From Octopus bimaculoides (lineage: Eukaryota): DNA of 64,000 bases. The notes below the pieces were generated by a model. That model saw nothing but the letters and a program-made list of their open reading frames with translations, was not told where the DNA came from and did not search any database. Below are positions 26,230 through 38,550 of the stretch, in pieces (within the stretch, counting starts at the first letter, position 1; each line of letters opens with the position of its first letter). The translations under genes and the position numbers were made by a program. Location: positions 34,438,730 through 34,502,729 of the forward strand of contig NC_068984.1 in assembly GCF_001194135.2 (NCBI RefSeq). Direction: 5' to 3'.

Positions 26230-27350
26230 GTAATTTCTGGTGGGGAGGCTTTGGTCTTGTGCAGCAATTAAAAATCCTTCAGTCTCTGCTTTGAGTCCTG
26301 AGCTTCTCAGCCATTGCTGGGATTTTTCTCTGTCTATTTCTTTCGCATTTAGTTTAGCCCAGTATTTACCATGTAGGGGCTTTTCTTGCCATCGTTTTAT
26401 CATGGTCCGTTTTAGTTTGGATTTCATTTGTTTTATAGCTTTTGTTGTTTCTTCCTCTTCTTCTTCGTATTTGTTAGGTAGATTGATTTCTTGTTTGTAT
26501 TTGTCAGCTTCCTTAAATACTGAAAACAGTTTTTTGTTTTGCTNNNNNNNNNNNNNNNNNNNNNNNNNNNNNNNNNNNNNNNNNNNNNNNNNNNNNNNNN
26601 NNNNNNNNNNNNNNNNNNNNNNNNNNNNNNNNNNNNNNNNNNNNNNNNNNNNNNNNNNNNNNNNNNNNNNNNNNNNNNNNNNNNNNNNNNNNNNNNNNNN
26701 NNNNNNNNNNNNNNNNNNNNNNNNNNNNNNNNNNNNNNNNNNNNNNNNNNNNNNNNNNNNNNNNNNNNNNNNNNNNNNNNNNNNNNNNNNNNNNNNNNNN
26801 NNNNNNNNNNNNNNNNNNNNNNNNNNNNNNNNNNNNNNNNNNNNNNNNNNNNNNNNNNNNNNNNNNNNNNNNNNNNNNNNNNNNNNNNNNNNNNNNNNNN
26901 NNNNNNNNNNNNNNNNNNNNNNNNNNNNNNNNNNNNNNNNNNNNNNNNNNNNNNNNNNNNNNNNNNNNNNNNNNNNNNNNNNNNNNNNNNNNNNNNNNNN
27001 NNNNNNNNNNNNNNNNNNNNNNNNNNNNNNNNNNNNNNNNNNNNNNNNNNNNNNNNNNNNNNNNNNNNNNNNNNNNNNNNNNNNNNNNNNNNNNNNNNNN
27101 NNNNNNNNNNNNNNNNNNNNNNNNNNNNNNNNNNNNNNNNNNNNNNNNNNNNNNNNNNNNNNNNNNNNNNNNNNNNNNNNNNNNNNNNNATTTTTCTAAT
27201 CCGAAGTTCATTTCTATTTCCTTGGTAAAGCTGTGTACTGTCTGTAGTAGTGTTTCTAGCTCTTTGTCGTTTTTTGCATATAATTTTAGGTCATCCATAT
27301 ATAGAAGGTGGCTGACTGTTTTTCCATAGCATTTGTAACCGCATCAGTTC
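26230..27350 (-). mobile_element. R4/Dong-like LINE fragment: RT domain to thumb/linker, spans an N-gap
   Basis: Minus strand CGYKCYGKTVSHLLYMDDLKLYAKNDKELETLLQTVHSFTKEIEMNFGLEK (YMDD at 27289-27301) and KRWQEKPLHGKY...QWLRSSGLKAETEGFLIAAQDQSLPTRNY. Confidence 0.92.
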
Positions 27351-27425
<75 letters not shown>

Positions 27426-27450
27426 CATCATCATTATTATTATTATTATT
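27351..27450. repeat. (ATT)n tract, tail of the adjacent LINE 3' end
   Basis: Direct reading. Confidence 0.9.
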
Positions 27451-28190
27451 TTGTTTGACTTTTGATTCGCATTTGTACAAGCTGGGTCGAAGTCTCCCCC
27501 AGAGAACTCAAGATACAACAAGTTAAAAGTTCATGTTGATGTTATGTTTACAGTGCCATATATATTTAGCTTTGCGCATACTGTTGTTCTAGAGAATGTT
27601 TAAGAAAACATAAGAAAATTATGTGTTTGTTTTAAAATTTAAGATTACATAGTCAACATTTTACGTAAGATATGGGCAGTTCCCATGAGCGCTATCTTTT
27701 GAATTTCTGCCATTTTGGGGATTCCTGGTATTTGAGCTAGGTGGCAATCAGCCCATTTTGCTATCGTTCCTATGGTACCTATGACAACAGGGATTGTTTT
27801 AGTGTTGAGGTTCCACATTTTGCCAATTTCAAGATCTTTATACTAGCTCAGTTTTTGGGTCTTGACAGATACGTTTATATCGATTGAGACAGTGCTATCA
27901 ATGAGAAGGCATGATTTTTTCTGAAGTCTTTCAATTTGATTCCTGGCCTATTTGCATCTATCATTCTGTCAGTTTGAATGGTGAAATTCCAGAGTAGAGA
28001 GATTTGACCATTTCCAAGCACTTGAGGTGCTTTACGTTCCCATCAGTTTTTATCATGGGGTAAGTCCAGGTTTTTCCAAATTACCCTGTGAATATATTGT
28101 GCAACCCTATCATGCTTGTCGAGATACTTTGTAGGCGCAAGAATACTGCACATGGAGACAACATGATCAATGGTTTCATTTTGTTGTTGA
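27451..28190 (-). mobile_element. R4/Dong-like LINE 3' fragment: zinc knuckle, REL endonuclease and 3' UTR
   Basis: Minus strand QQQNETIDHVVSMCSILAPTKYLDKHDRVAQYIH...LLWNFTIQTDRMIDANRP...CLLID...YKDLEIGKMWNLNTKTIPVVIGTIG...QKIALMGTAHILRKMLTM* (stop 27645-27647), then a UTR and the (AAT)n tail. Confidence 0.92.
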
Positions 28191-28553
28191 GATCTCCAGA
28201 GTCAGAATGAGCATTCCCACCCAAATTTCTTTCCCCAATTTCCATGATCCTACTAAAACGTCAGCCAGATACAGCAATTGTTTCTGAAACATACTTCTTG
28301 ATACCAGTTTCCAAAGAAACTGGTATTGCACAGTATTTTATATTCTATTATCGCTTCTTTATTGACAAAGTAATTTTTTTTGTTTTGTACTAATTCCTGT
28401 TTTAAGTGTTTCGCACAAACGTTCGGAAGTAGTAACCGTCGGGCAATGTACTACTTTTATTACTCATAGAAAACATGTAAATTATAACGTGGTGTACGCA
28501 CGAGTATATATCTTATCGATGAGTGCAAACACGCTTCTACCTACCTACCTATA

Positions 28554-28554
<1 letters not shown>

Positions 28555-28630
<76 letters not shown>
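28555..28630. repeat. (CTAT)n tetranucleotide microsatellite
   Basis: Direct reading. Confidence 0.95.
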
Positions 28631-28631
<1 letters not shown>

Positions 28632-28714
28632 CCTATCTGTTTATCTATTTATATATACATGTGTGTGTATATATCTATATATGCGTTTGTGTGTATGTAT
28701 TCATACATGTGTAT

Positions 28715-28804
<90 letters not shown>

Positions 28805-30139
28805 CTTATGCATAGATGGTATACATGTGCGTACTTTAATATACATATGTATAGATGAGCATGCATGCATAAAATTATACATATGTGTGTGTGTGTGTGT
28901 GTATGCTTCTGTTATGTATATATACATTTATATATCAACACACAATTATGGAAATATATATGAATATGCACATAGACGTAATTTGAAACCGTGTGCATTT
29001 GTGTGTTGTGTAATAGATTACGTACATACGTAAATATAAGTTACTTGAAGACGATTAGACATGCGACGGATCGAAATGTAGTGTATAGTACAAGAGAGAA
29101 AGACATCAAAGAGGAAGTTAATAGTTCAGGAAATGTAAATTATAATGGCAATAGCTCATCTTAGAAATGTCAACGTATAATAACATTTTCCTCAGATCAT
29201 CGATAAAAGAAAATGGACAATGAAATATAAATGAAATGATATATAAAAACAAAAAAATATTATAATAATAACCAAAACAATAAAACAAAGAAAAGTGATT
29301 GAGACGCTGTTTCAGACAGTATGATTACGTCTTCTGGAAATGTTGTGTTGCTTAATTACTTAATTGGTAATCTCATGAATTGCTATAGATCTGTAAGTAC
29401 AAGTAAATAACAAATACCTTGACGGTTTATTGCTTAAATATTAGTTAATTACACTGCGGAAGAGTCATGATAATCATTTCAAACACACTTTTAGAGTGTT
29501 TAATATTATTTGGCCCTGGGTCAGCTCTGATTGAATATGCGAGTGATAAAAGACAAGGGCATTTCTTCCGTGGTCATCGTGTCTCTTTCTTCAGAGATAA
29601 TGTAAGTCTCTGTTTTGTAAGAACATTTGTAGACTACTCAATGACCATTTTGTTTTCTAACACGATTAAATTTAGTTTGATGGAAATTACAGTGCTATGT
29701 CTAACAGCTCGAATGACTGCGTAGAAGTTCTGTGCTTGTTCGTTTTACTTCTTTTATAATTTGGGAGTGTATTGTATACTATTCAGGGTCACAATATTAT
29801 ACTGTACATCTACAAGTTAGTTATAAATCAGCGTATTATATTGAAACAGTTTGAGACTCAATAACTTTTTGAGAAGATAGTATTTGAGATTGGTGCAATT
29901 TCTTCATTTTAATATTCTTTTAAAGTATGAGTGACACAATGTCTTTATGGCAATATATTCATGACTATCTCTTCAAATTACCGTATGAATGAATTATACA
30001 TTACTTCATTCTATAAGTTGGTGAAATATTCGTAAATATTTAAGTTATCTGAAAGGATTCAATTGCAACAACAGAAAGTACAATTACAACATGCGTGACC
30101 TTTATCATTAAATAAACTCCACTACAACTAACATTTTTC

Positions 30140-30820
30140 TTTTCTGCCTGATTTTGACGACAAGGGCCTACTGCTCGAAACGATGACGTCCTCCTCCTAA
30201 TTTACTTTGTAGTGCAAAACTAATTACCCTCTACTCGTAGAGTTTTTATTCTAGTTCGTTCCTGAAAATGTTTTGATATCATTGCCTTAGACAGACATAG
30301 GTATCTCTTCAGATTAACACTTGATTGGATTCATATATAACTCCCTAGACTTTTGCCGGTATAGCCTCGATATTTTTCTTTGCCTTTATATACCGAACAT
30401 ACCAAGACTGAACAGATATAAACGAGCGCAGAATATTGTTACAAATTGTGGGTTGATCTTTCTTTAAGAATACCTTTATAGCAGTTATAATAGATTTTGT
30501 TACAGGATTTCTACTGAACTCAGCAAAACAGACGCCAGCAAACCTAATTAGATTTCTTTTGATGTTCACCAAGTGTGTTTCCCTGTTATTCATCCCCTAT
30601 GAAGTCGATCAATATTTGCAAGCATTCAAGCAAGATAAACCTAAATCTATTCTTGGTATATAGTACCAAATTTCCTACTGTGTTCCTGCTTTTAGTAGGA
30701 CATTCATTCGTGAAAGATTCAGAGCCATATTTAGTGGGCCGTGTAACCACGTAGATGCTCTCTTGTGTCTCTCGTAATAAGTTGTCACTTAAAATTTGCA
30801 CTAAAACCAGCATCTTTGCA
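30140..30820 (-). mobile_element. Decayed Penelope-like element (GIY-YIG remnant plus terminal region)
   Basis: Minus strand ...CPTKSRNTVGNLV...ECLQILIDFIGDE/NNRETHLVNIKRNLIR resembles C..C...YIGET..RL..HKR of PLE GIY-YIG. Hammerhead-like relics lie just downstream (30150-30195, 30265-30315). Confidence 0.45.
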
Positions 30821-31204
30821 CATTATTGGGTTTGGAAGAATACTAGTGAAAACGGAGAAAATGAATAGTTTTCAGTTCTTTGAATATTTTCAATCACCAA
30901 GTTGAATGAGAGATTGTATTTATTGCACGTGATAAAAGATCTTGTAAATTATAGTAAAATTTCATTTTGCACAAATACATTTTTTACACAGAGTAAGTTG
31001 CTAATGCGAAAATTATACTCAACAGCCAGGTTTAATTTTAGCGATAAATAATTTCCCGAAGTTGAAACAACTAGCCAAATTTTCGTATAAACCTACCAGC
31101 TAACCGTTGACAGCAATTGGAAATTTACGTTTGCATATTTATTGCAGCTTTAATATTGATTTACGGAAGCGCATATTCCTACGTATTCACATATATAATG
31201 CACA

Positions 31205-31243
<39 letters not shown>

Positions 31244-32566
31244 GCACACATACGCATACATAAAGCACACACACAGAAGCACAATATGTGTGTATATATA
31301 TATGTAAACACACGCTCATACATGTGTGTGTTTTTGTGTGTGTATGTTTGTGTGTGTGTATGCATGTAGGATTGATATTTCAGTTTTCACATAAGTACTG
31401 AATTTGCTTTCGCTATCATAACGTTGTAATGTTTCGGAAAGTTACATTGGAAAGTATTCTAAACGAAAATGAGAACATTACTACACAATTCTTGAGTTTA
31501 GTTCACCATAATCACAAGTTTTGTGATGAATACATTTCCCTTCTAAAAATTTGAAACATTTCTCCGTGAATAATTCTAGCATTTTTTTAATGCTGCCTGT
31601 CTTGGAGTATATTCAAAACATGTCTTTGAAGAAACTGTCATATCTTACGAAGTACTAACATACATAGTGTCATTTAACCGAACACAGTAAAAACATTTCC
31701 CAATATGAAACTCATTTAATCAAACATTCACTTTACATTTCCAAGGATGATGTTCCACTTAAGGTTACACACTTGGTTGGTTTTCCAACATGAAACCTTC
31801 CGTTAAAATGTATTAGCTGTTATAAGATTAAATTTATGGTATTCTATAAATAGTTCACACACTCTAACTAATATGTGAATATTTGATTTTTTCCGACTTA
31901 AGAAAATATTGTACTGAGTATGTATAAATATGTATATGTACATACACAAACAAGCACAGTGTACACACGAAATTAAAATTTAAAATTTTGGTTAAAGACG
32001 CTTACAACAACTAATGTAATCGACAAAATACGAACACGAATATTTCTGTCTCATCGCTCCACTTTCACCCAAGAAACTTAACGGTTTCCGTACTGGGAAA
32101 ATTTTGGTTTCCTTCATCTACTAAGAGCTACGTTTCACAGAAAAGAAAACGAATACGAGTCTTGTGACTGAAAATAGGTAGGGTGATAAAATAAAATGTC
32201 CTGCAACTGAAAGCAAACCTGATGACAAAAGACTGACACAAAAATTTAGATCAAACAAATACAGATTATAAACGAGATTGTCTTTTGATTTAGAACGGCA
32301 ATAAAGATGGAAAATATTAGATAAAGATTAAAAAAAGCAGTTCGTGTGAATATGGCTGACAGAAAGGAGTGCTGGATATGAACGTAAGAGGTATCTCAAT
32401 ACAGAGAAAAATTGTGAGACAGAGAGACAAGACAGGGTGAGAGAGGTACCAGATACAGGGACAGAACAATGATGACAGAATGGGATGATAGAACAAGAGA
32501 GGAAGACGGTTAGGAAAAGGGGAAAAACTGCGAGAGAAAGAGTGTGTGTGTGTGTGTGTGTGTGTG

Positions 32567-32613
<47 letters not shown>

Positions 32614-33934
32614 TTAGAAAGTATAGCAAGAAGAAGATAAAGAAGAGGGTCATGACAGAGCAATAGAAAGCTTGGTAAAGAGAACTATAGGTAAAATAGA
32701 CCGAGAGAATTTATAATTTCTATCTACGCTAGTAATTTCCGTGCTTATTCCACATTGAATGTTAACACTCCATTTATTTGTTTCGGTTTTCTGCGTCACA
32801 ATTTTTATGTTTTTAGTTGCAAGACTTGATATGTTTTGTCTTGTGTAAAACTTGACGTTTTCCAGATGAGGAATACCATCTTTTGTGGCAACTGATAAAA
32901 ATCTAGAAATTCTAGAATTAAAGCTGGCTATGAAATGAATTTATGCGTGTATGTCGTCTTTTCCGTTAGTCGTTGTACACGTCTTTCACTAATATTTTGA
33001 ATTTTCGGCCAACGCGGTCATATTTTTCACCATCGCTAATATATTTTTTTCTTTCTGTGATTCATATTATCTTTCATTTTATTTTATCCCCATCTCTCTC
33101 ACCACACACACACACATACACACATACACACCAATATACACATATATTTATGTACATATTGTGCTTTCATCTGACTATTAGTTCATCTATTTGTTCTATC
33201 TCGATATTTTACTGCCATTAATTTTTCCAGTTATGGCTAAATGAAAAGCAAAACATATTCCGACATAACATAATAATGTTTACCGTGTAAGTTATTTATG
33301 ATATTTTTTTATTCACCTCATCGTTTGTTTTGCCTCATAATTGTATCAACGCACTTTATGGAGCTGATCACTTATATTCATTGATAGTCAACATAACAAG
33401 ACAACTTTGAAATTGCTAAATTAAGTGAAGTTGCTGAGAAATTATATTCATCATACCTTTTCGTTTTGAGTGTTGTGTCTAGTGTGTACTAGAAATATAG
33501 ACAATTATCATACGCCAAGGTCTACCATACTGAAATGCTAGTTTGATCTAGATTTCCGACTTAATTTAATGTTCTCAGTTACGTTTACAAATTTCTCTAA
33601 CTATTATCCTTCACACCAAAACATACACATAAAAATTCAGACGCACTCACAAGTTCACAGACGGACATTTTGTCAGATTTCTTCGATATTTTTATCAAGA
33701 GACTGATTTGTATAAGAAAGCTACAATGCGGCGGTAATTGTTATGTTCCGTATCGCATCCAGCTTCATAAAATTTGATACACCTGCGTCTCTTTAATTGC
33801 TGATTTAGATGCAAATACTGGAAATGAATTTAATATTCCAAAGAATGTCATTTATACCTATTTTATTTCAGTCAGTCAATAAGCTGAAACTAAATAGTCG
33901 ATCATATATTTCTTTGCATGTTATATACATACAA

Positions 33935-34165
33935 GTGAAGGTGCGTGGATTACTAGTTAGGGAGTTCGGCTCACGATCGTAAGATCAGTGAGTTTTATTC
34001 CCGGCGTATAAGTGGCTGAGCACTCCACAGACACACGTTAACCCTAACATAGGTTAAGGACACGCGTGTCTGGAGTACTCGGCCTCTTACGCGTTATTGT
34101 AAGGAGCAGGATATCCCGTTAAACGGATCAACTCGAACAGTCGTCGTCGTAACCGACGGATTGTC
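33935..34165 (+). mobile_element. Rearranged SINE (22256-type) with an internal inverted segment
   Basis: tRNA-like head at 33935-34005, then an antisense body segment, then a sense body/tail ending aactcgaacagtcgtcgtcgtaaccgacgga. Confidence 0.7.
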
Positions 34166-34436
34166 TGTATATATGTATAAACATACATACGCATATACAT
34201 ATATATTGACTGGGCTGGGTGGAGGAGTTTGTCTCCCCCTCGCAAACATAAGGACACAGTAATTGTGTCAAGGCCGACAGGAAGCGGTCCAGCTTCCTAG
34301 GGCTAAACAACAGTAGTATATTCCCTTATTGGGATTGTCACATTGAGTTGACAATATACAACAACTTTATCGCATCACTACTGCTTAACTCTCTCTGAGA
34401 GATTTAGAAATATGATATTTCATATTTTGGTAACCA

Positions 34437-34509
<73 letters not shown>

Positions 34510-36099
34510 TACACAAACACACACACACATATATATATACGTATGTATGTATATGTATGCATTATGTGTATATGAATGTATGCATATGTGTGTATATATA
34601 TTATACAAACTAACGACGCAACAAAGTCTCTATGTAGAAAAACAATTTACTAAATATATCAGTCAAGTGTCTCCTTAAACCTATTTTTCTTTGTACAAAA
34701 CTGTTCCTTATATAAAAGGTGGCGTTGTAATGACTGTGATGATGCATTTGATCATAACTTTTCTCAATCAGTGGTTTTCTCGATCTGTGGTTTAACGTAC
34801 TCTGATGCCATTAGTAATATACTGTATTTTCAATCAGTAACTAAAAAGCTTTAATATTCTTGTGTTCTTTCGTCTCCTGGAATGCATGTCGCCTTTCATA
34901 TATTTATCTGTTATAAAACTTAAAGGAATGTGTCTTTTTTCCTGGACATAACAGCAGCTACAAAAGCAAGGATGAGATTAAAAATAACTGCGCTGATTAT
35001 GAGCTTCAAGAAAGTATTGCTAATTTTTAAAATGACTTATCAATCTAAGCTTGATTTCATTGATTTGCGTCAATAAGTAAATATTATGCTGTAATGCAAC
35101 GAAGTTTGAGGTGAAAATTAAAGAGTAAAAGTGTTAACACTCGCCTTTCATTACAAAGTTCATTGGAGGTTGAGTCTAATATTTAGCAGTCAGTCATAAT
35201 TACAGATATATTCATTCATGATGACGCTACATATAACGTCATTCATTCTAAATTTTCAAGTAACAATTTTAATAAGCCTCACTGATGCCGTCTAACAAGA
35301 TCGAACGGTACCGTTAGTTATTACCGCACGTTTAATACTTTTAATGATTAATTTCAATCTGTAGTGCGTTTAATTAATTTTTATTAGGAATTATCTCCTT
35401 TCGTGAGTAGAATTAGTTATTTGTACAATGATCTTTCTCATCAATTTGCAGGTAATTTTATTACTCGAATTTCCATACTCACTGCAAGACTTTTACCATT
35501 AATTTTTCATGGAAATGGCGTTCCCGGAGTATCCCTTAAGTTAAAGGAGACATTGCAGCTGTGTTCGATTGTAAAAAAAAAAAACTTTGATCAGTATTTT
35601 ATGAAATTGTCATTAGGAACTATTTTCAATAGAAATGCGAAACTCAGTCATATAGTTATGATTACAGATATTTTAGAATCTGTGTTAAATTGCGTCATAA
35701 ATATAATAATTTATTCTTTCTCATTATCTACGATTTTACTCCCAAACTCACACCCACATACGCACAGAGAATGAGGAAACGAGATAAAATGAGAGAGGAA
35801 GTGAGAAAGGAACAGAGAGACAGAGAGCATGAAAGCGAGAAAGTGAGAAGGAGTGAGAGATACAGTGGAGCAGGGAGAGAGGGAGAGAGAGAGATACAGA
35901 GAAAGAGCAGTTTCTACCCGCGGTAAAAACCGGTCAATGAATATTTGACGCCTTCTGTTCCTTGCTACAAAGCTAACAGAATAAAAGATCCACGAAATAA
36001 CTTTAATAAAAGCGTTGTGAGATCATGATTAAGATCAAATATATTGTTCTACTTTTTATGTTCATTTGGGGAGAAAAAGTTTCGAAGGGAAAAGACTGC

Positions 36100-36168
<69 letters not shown>

Positions 36169-36173
36169 TAATA
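36100..36173. repeat. (AAT)n microsatellite
   Basis: Direct reading. Confidence 0.95.
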
Positions 36174-37199
36174 AATGAAACAGAAGCGCATTTATTTGCT
36201 TTACATTCTTTCTTTTCACCGTTTTTGAAATTATGTGGTTTGTCGAATCAAATAAATACAATAAAATATTGTATTAACAACCTAAAAGAAAATCAATATT
36301 TCATTATAATTTTTTGGTTTTTCAAAATACTTTTTTATATTGTATTTTCGATTGTTTTTCTATTTTTCTTTTAATTCGATATTTCAGATTTGATGTAAAA
36401 CAAATCACTAACCAAGCATGCATAGTTCGGATCAAATAGATGAACTTTCTAGCAACATTCACCGTCTGTTCATTTGTTGATTTTTACCAGTTGCCCTAGC
36501 CCTCCAACCCATGAAACCTTTGTTTATTTAATTTCAATTTTTGTTTGAAACTTTTCTTTACACCCACACCCACCCAAGCACTACCATCACGAACTTCCTG
36601 GAGAATTCGGCAGATTGTTAGTTCTCCGAATCTAATGAGACATAGCGTTGGAATTTCATTTTTATAGGGAATTATTTTGATGTAATTTAAATAACGAGAA
36701 AATATAGCGAAAAGTTATAGCAATTGTTAGGAAAGAGACTATATATTTTAGTTTGGGGAAAAAAAAGAATGACTACCACTGTATTTTCGTTTTTACTATT
36801 GTTAAATTGTATCATTAAAATTTATTTATTTATTCGTTTCTTTCAGTTTCATGAGAATAAGACAATGACTAAAATTAGACAATGACTAAAATTGATTCGC
36901 TTTTCATTTTATGGCTCTTATATCGTGTTTTAAAATAACGCTTGTGGTACTGAACAAAGTTGGCTCAAGGCACCTTTTGTTCTATTTAGTTAAACTGAAT
37001 CATAAATACTTTTATTTACACCTCAAACGTTGCTGCAATTTAACAATATATGTTGTTGCACTACCACTAGTACTTGTTCATGTAGCAGTGGTAGTGATAT
37101 ACGTGCGTGCATTAGCTGTAATAGTAACAGTGGCAGTAGAAACTGCAGCAGCGTAAATAACTGAAATTATAGTTCTGAAACAAAAATGTATTGGTCACA

Positions 37200-37459
37200 T
37201 TGTAGTAGTAGTGGTGGTGGTGGTGGTGGGGTGTTGGTTACTAGAGTAGTAGTGATTGTGGTGATGGTGTTAGTAGTAGTAGTGGTAGTGGTGGTGGTGG
37301 TGGTGTTAGCAGTAGTAGTATTAGTGGTGGTGGTGGTGCTGCTGCTCGTTACTAGAGTAGTAGAGATTGTGGTGGTGGTGGTGATGGTGGTGGTGATGGT
37401 GGTGGTGATGATGGTGGTGATGGTGATGGCGGTGGTGGTGGTGTTAGTAGTAATAGTAT

Positions 37460-37505
<46 letters not shown>
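37200..37505. repeat. Compound (GGT)/(AGT)/(GAT)n trinucleotide tract
   Basis: Direct reading. Confidence 0.9.
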
Positions 37506-37506
<1 letters not shown>

Positions 37507-37905
37507 CATGTGTTGTCTCCCGGCTCTGGCTAGTACAGATTTAAATGATGCAGTGTTTAATTAAGAAGCAAAAGAGAAATTCTACGCCTCAACTACAGAG
37601 TCCTGTGCTTTATCTTGTTGGTAGAAGTGAAATAAATAATAAGTTTAATTAATTTCTAACACAGACACAAAGTTTTGTGGTGGGAAATATAATTGATTTT
37701 ATCAGTCTTTTTATGCATAAATATATAGGCACCTTACTCACGACAGTGATATGTGAATTCATAGCTAACACGTCTTGCCACATCCAAACGCTTTTAGATA
37801 TCTGAAATTACTTCTCTCTTATTCATTCTTATGACATTCTGTCTGATTCAAACGTGAATATACATGATTGTTATTGTTTTCCTTCGTAGAGAAATATCTC
37901 CTCAC

Positions 37906-38143
37906 AGGGCGGCGAGCTGGCAGAAACATTAGCACGCCGGGCGAAATGCTTAGCGGTATTTCGTCTGCCGTTACGTTCTGAGTTTAAATTCCGCTGAGGT
38001 CGACTTTGCCTTTCATCCTTTCGGGGTCAATAAATTAAGTACCAGTTACGCACTGAGGCCGATGTAATCGACTTAATCCTTTTGTCTGTCCTTGTTTCTC
38101 CCCTCTATGTTTAGCCACTTGTGGGCAATAAAGAAATAGGAAG
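37906..38143 (+). mobile_element. Full-length SINE with ~13-bp target-site duplication
   Basis: Well-preserved head gggcggcgagctggcagaaacattagcacgccgggcgaaatgc...gttctgagtttaaattcc. TSD aatatctcctcac (37893-37905) / aatacttcctcac (38144-38156). Confidence 0.9.
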
Positions 38144-38510
38144 AATACTTCCTCACTTGAGATGGCGTTCGTGACATACACGACTCACTGCCATAAAGGG
38201 AGATGGTGGCAAATGTTTCCTCAGTTAAAGCTACCTCTTTTTATAGGAAATATAAATATATACTTGTTATAAAAATTGTCTATTCTTTAATCATTGTATA
38301 GAGCTCCATTTTATTAAAAATATACTTATGATAGGAATTTATATCTGTATAAATTATGTCGACATACATGACATACATGTGTGCAAATTTTATACATATA
38401 TATTGTATGTGTGTTGCTTTTTATCGAATTATTTGCATACACACCCATATACGCCTGTATAATTATGTATGTAGGCAAACATATATGCCTACCTAAATAT
38501 AGCTATCCCC

Positions 38511-38550
<40 letters not shown>

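Noticed and set aside
29489-29608. Open frame ending at an AAT|GTAAGT donor (CLILFGPGSALIEYASDKRQGHFFRGHRVSFFRDN)
   Set aside because: No recognisable homology, phase incompatible with the other candidate exons, and ambiguous acceptor.
36860-36893. 17-bp tandem duplication (similar 10-bp ones at ~47240 and 59331-59350)
   Set aside because: Ordinary slippage duplications.
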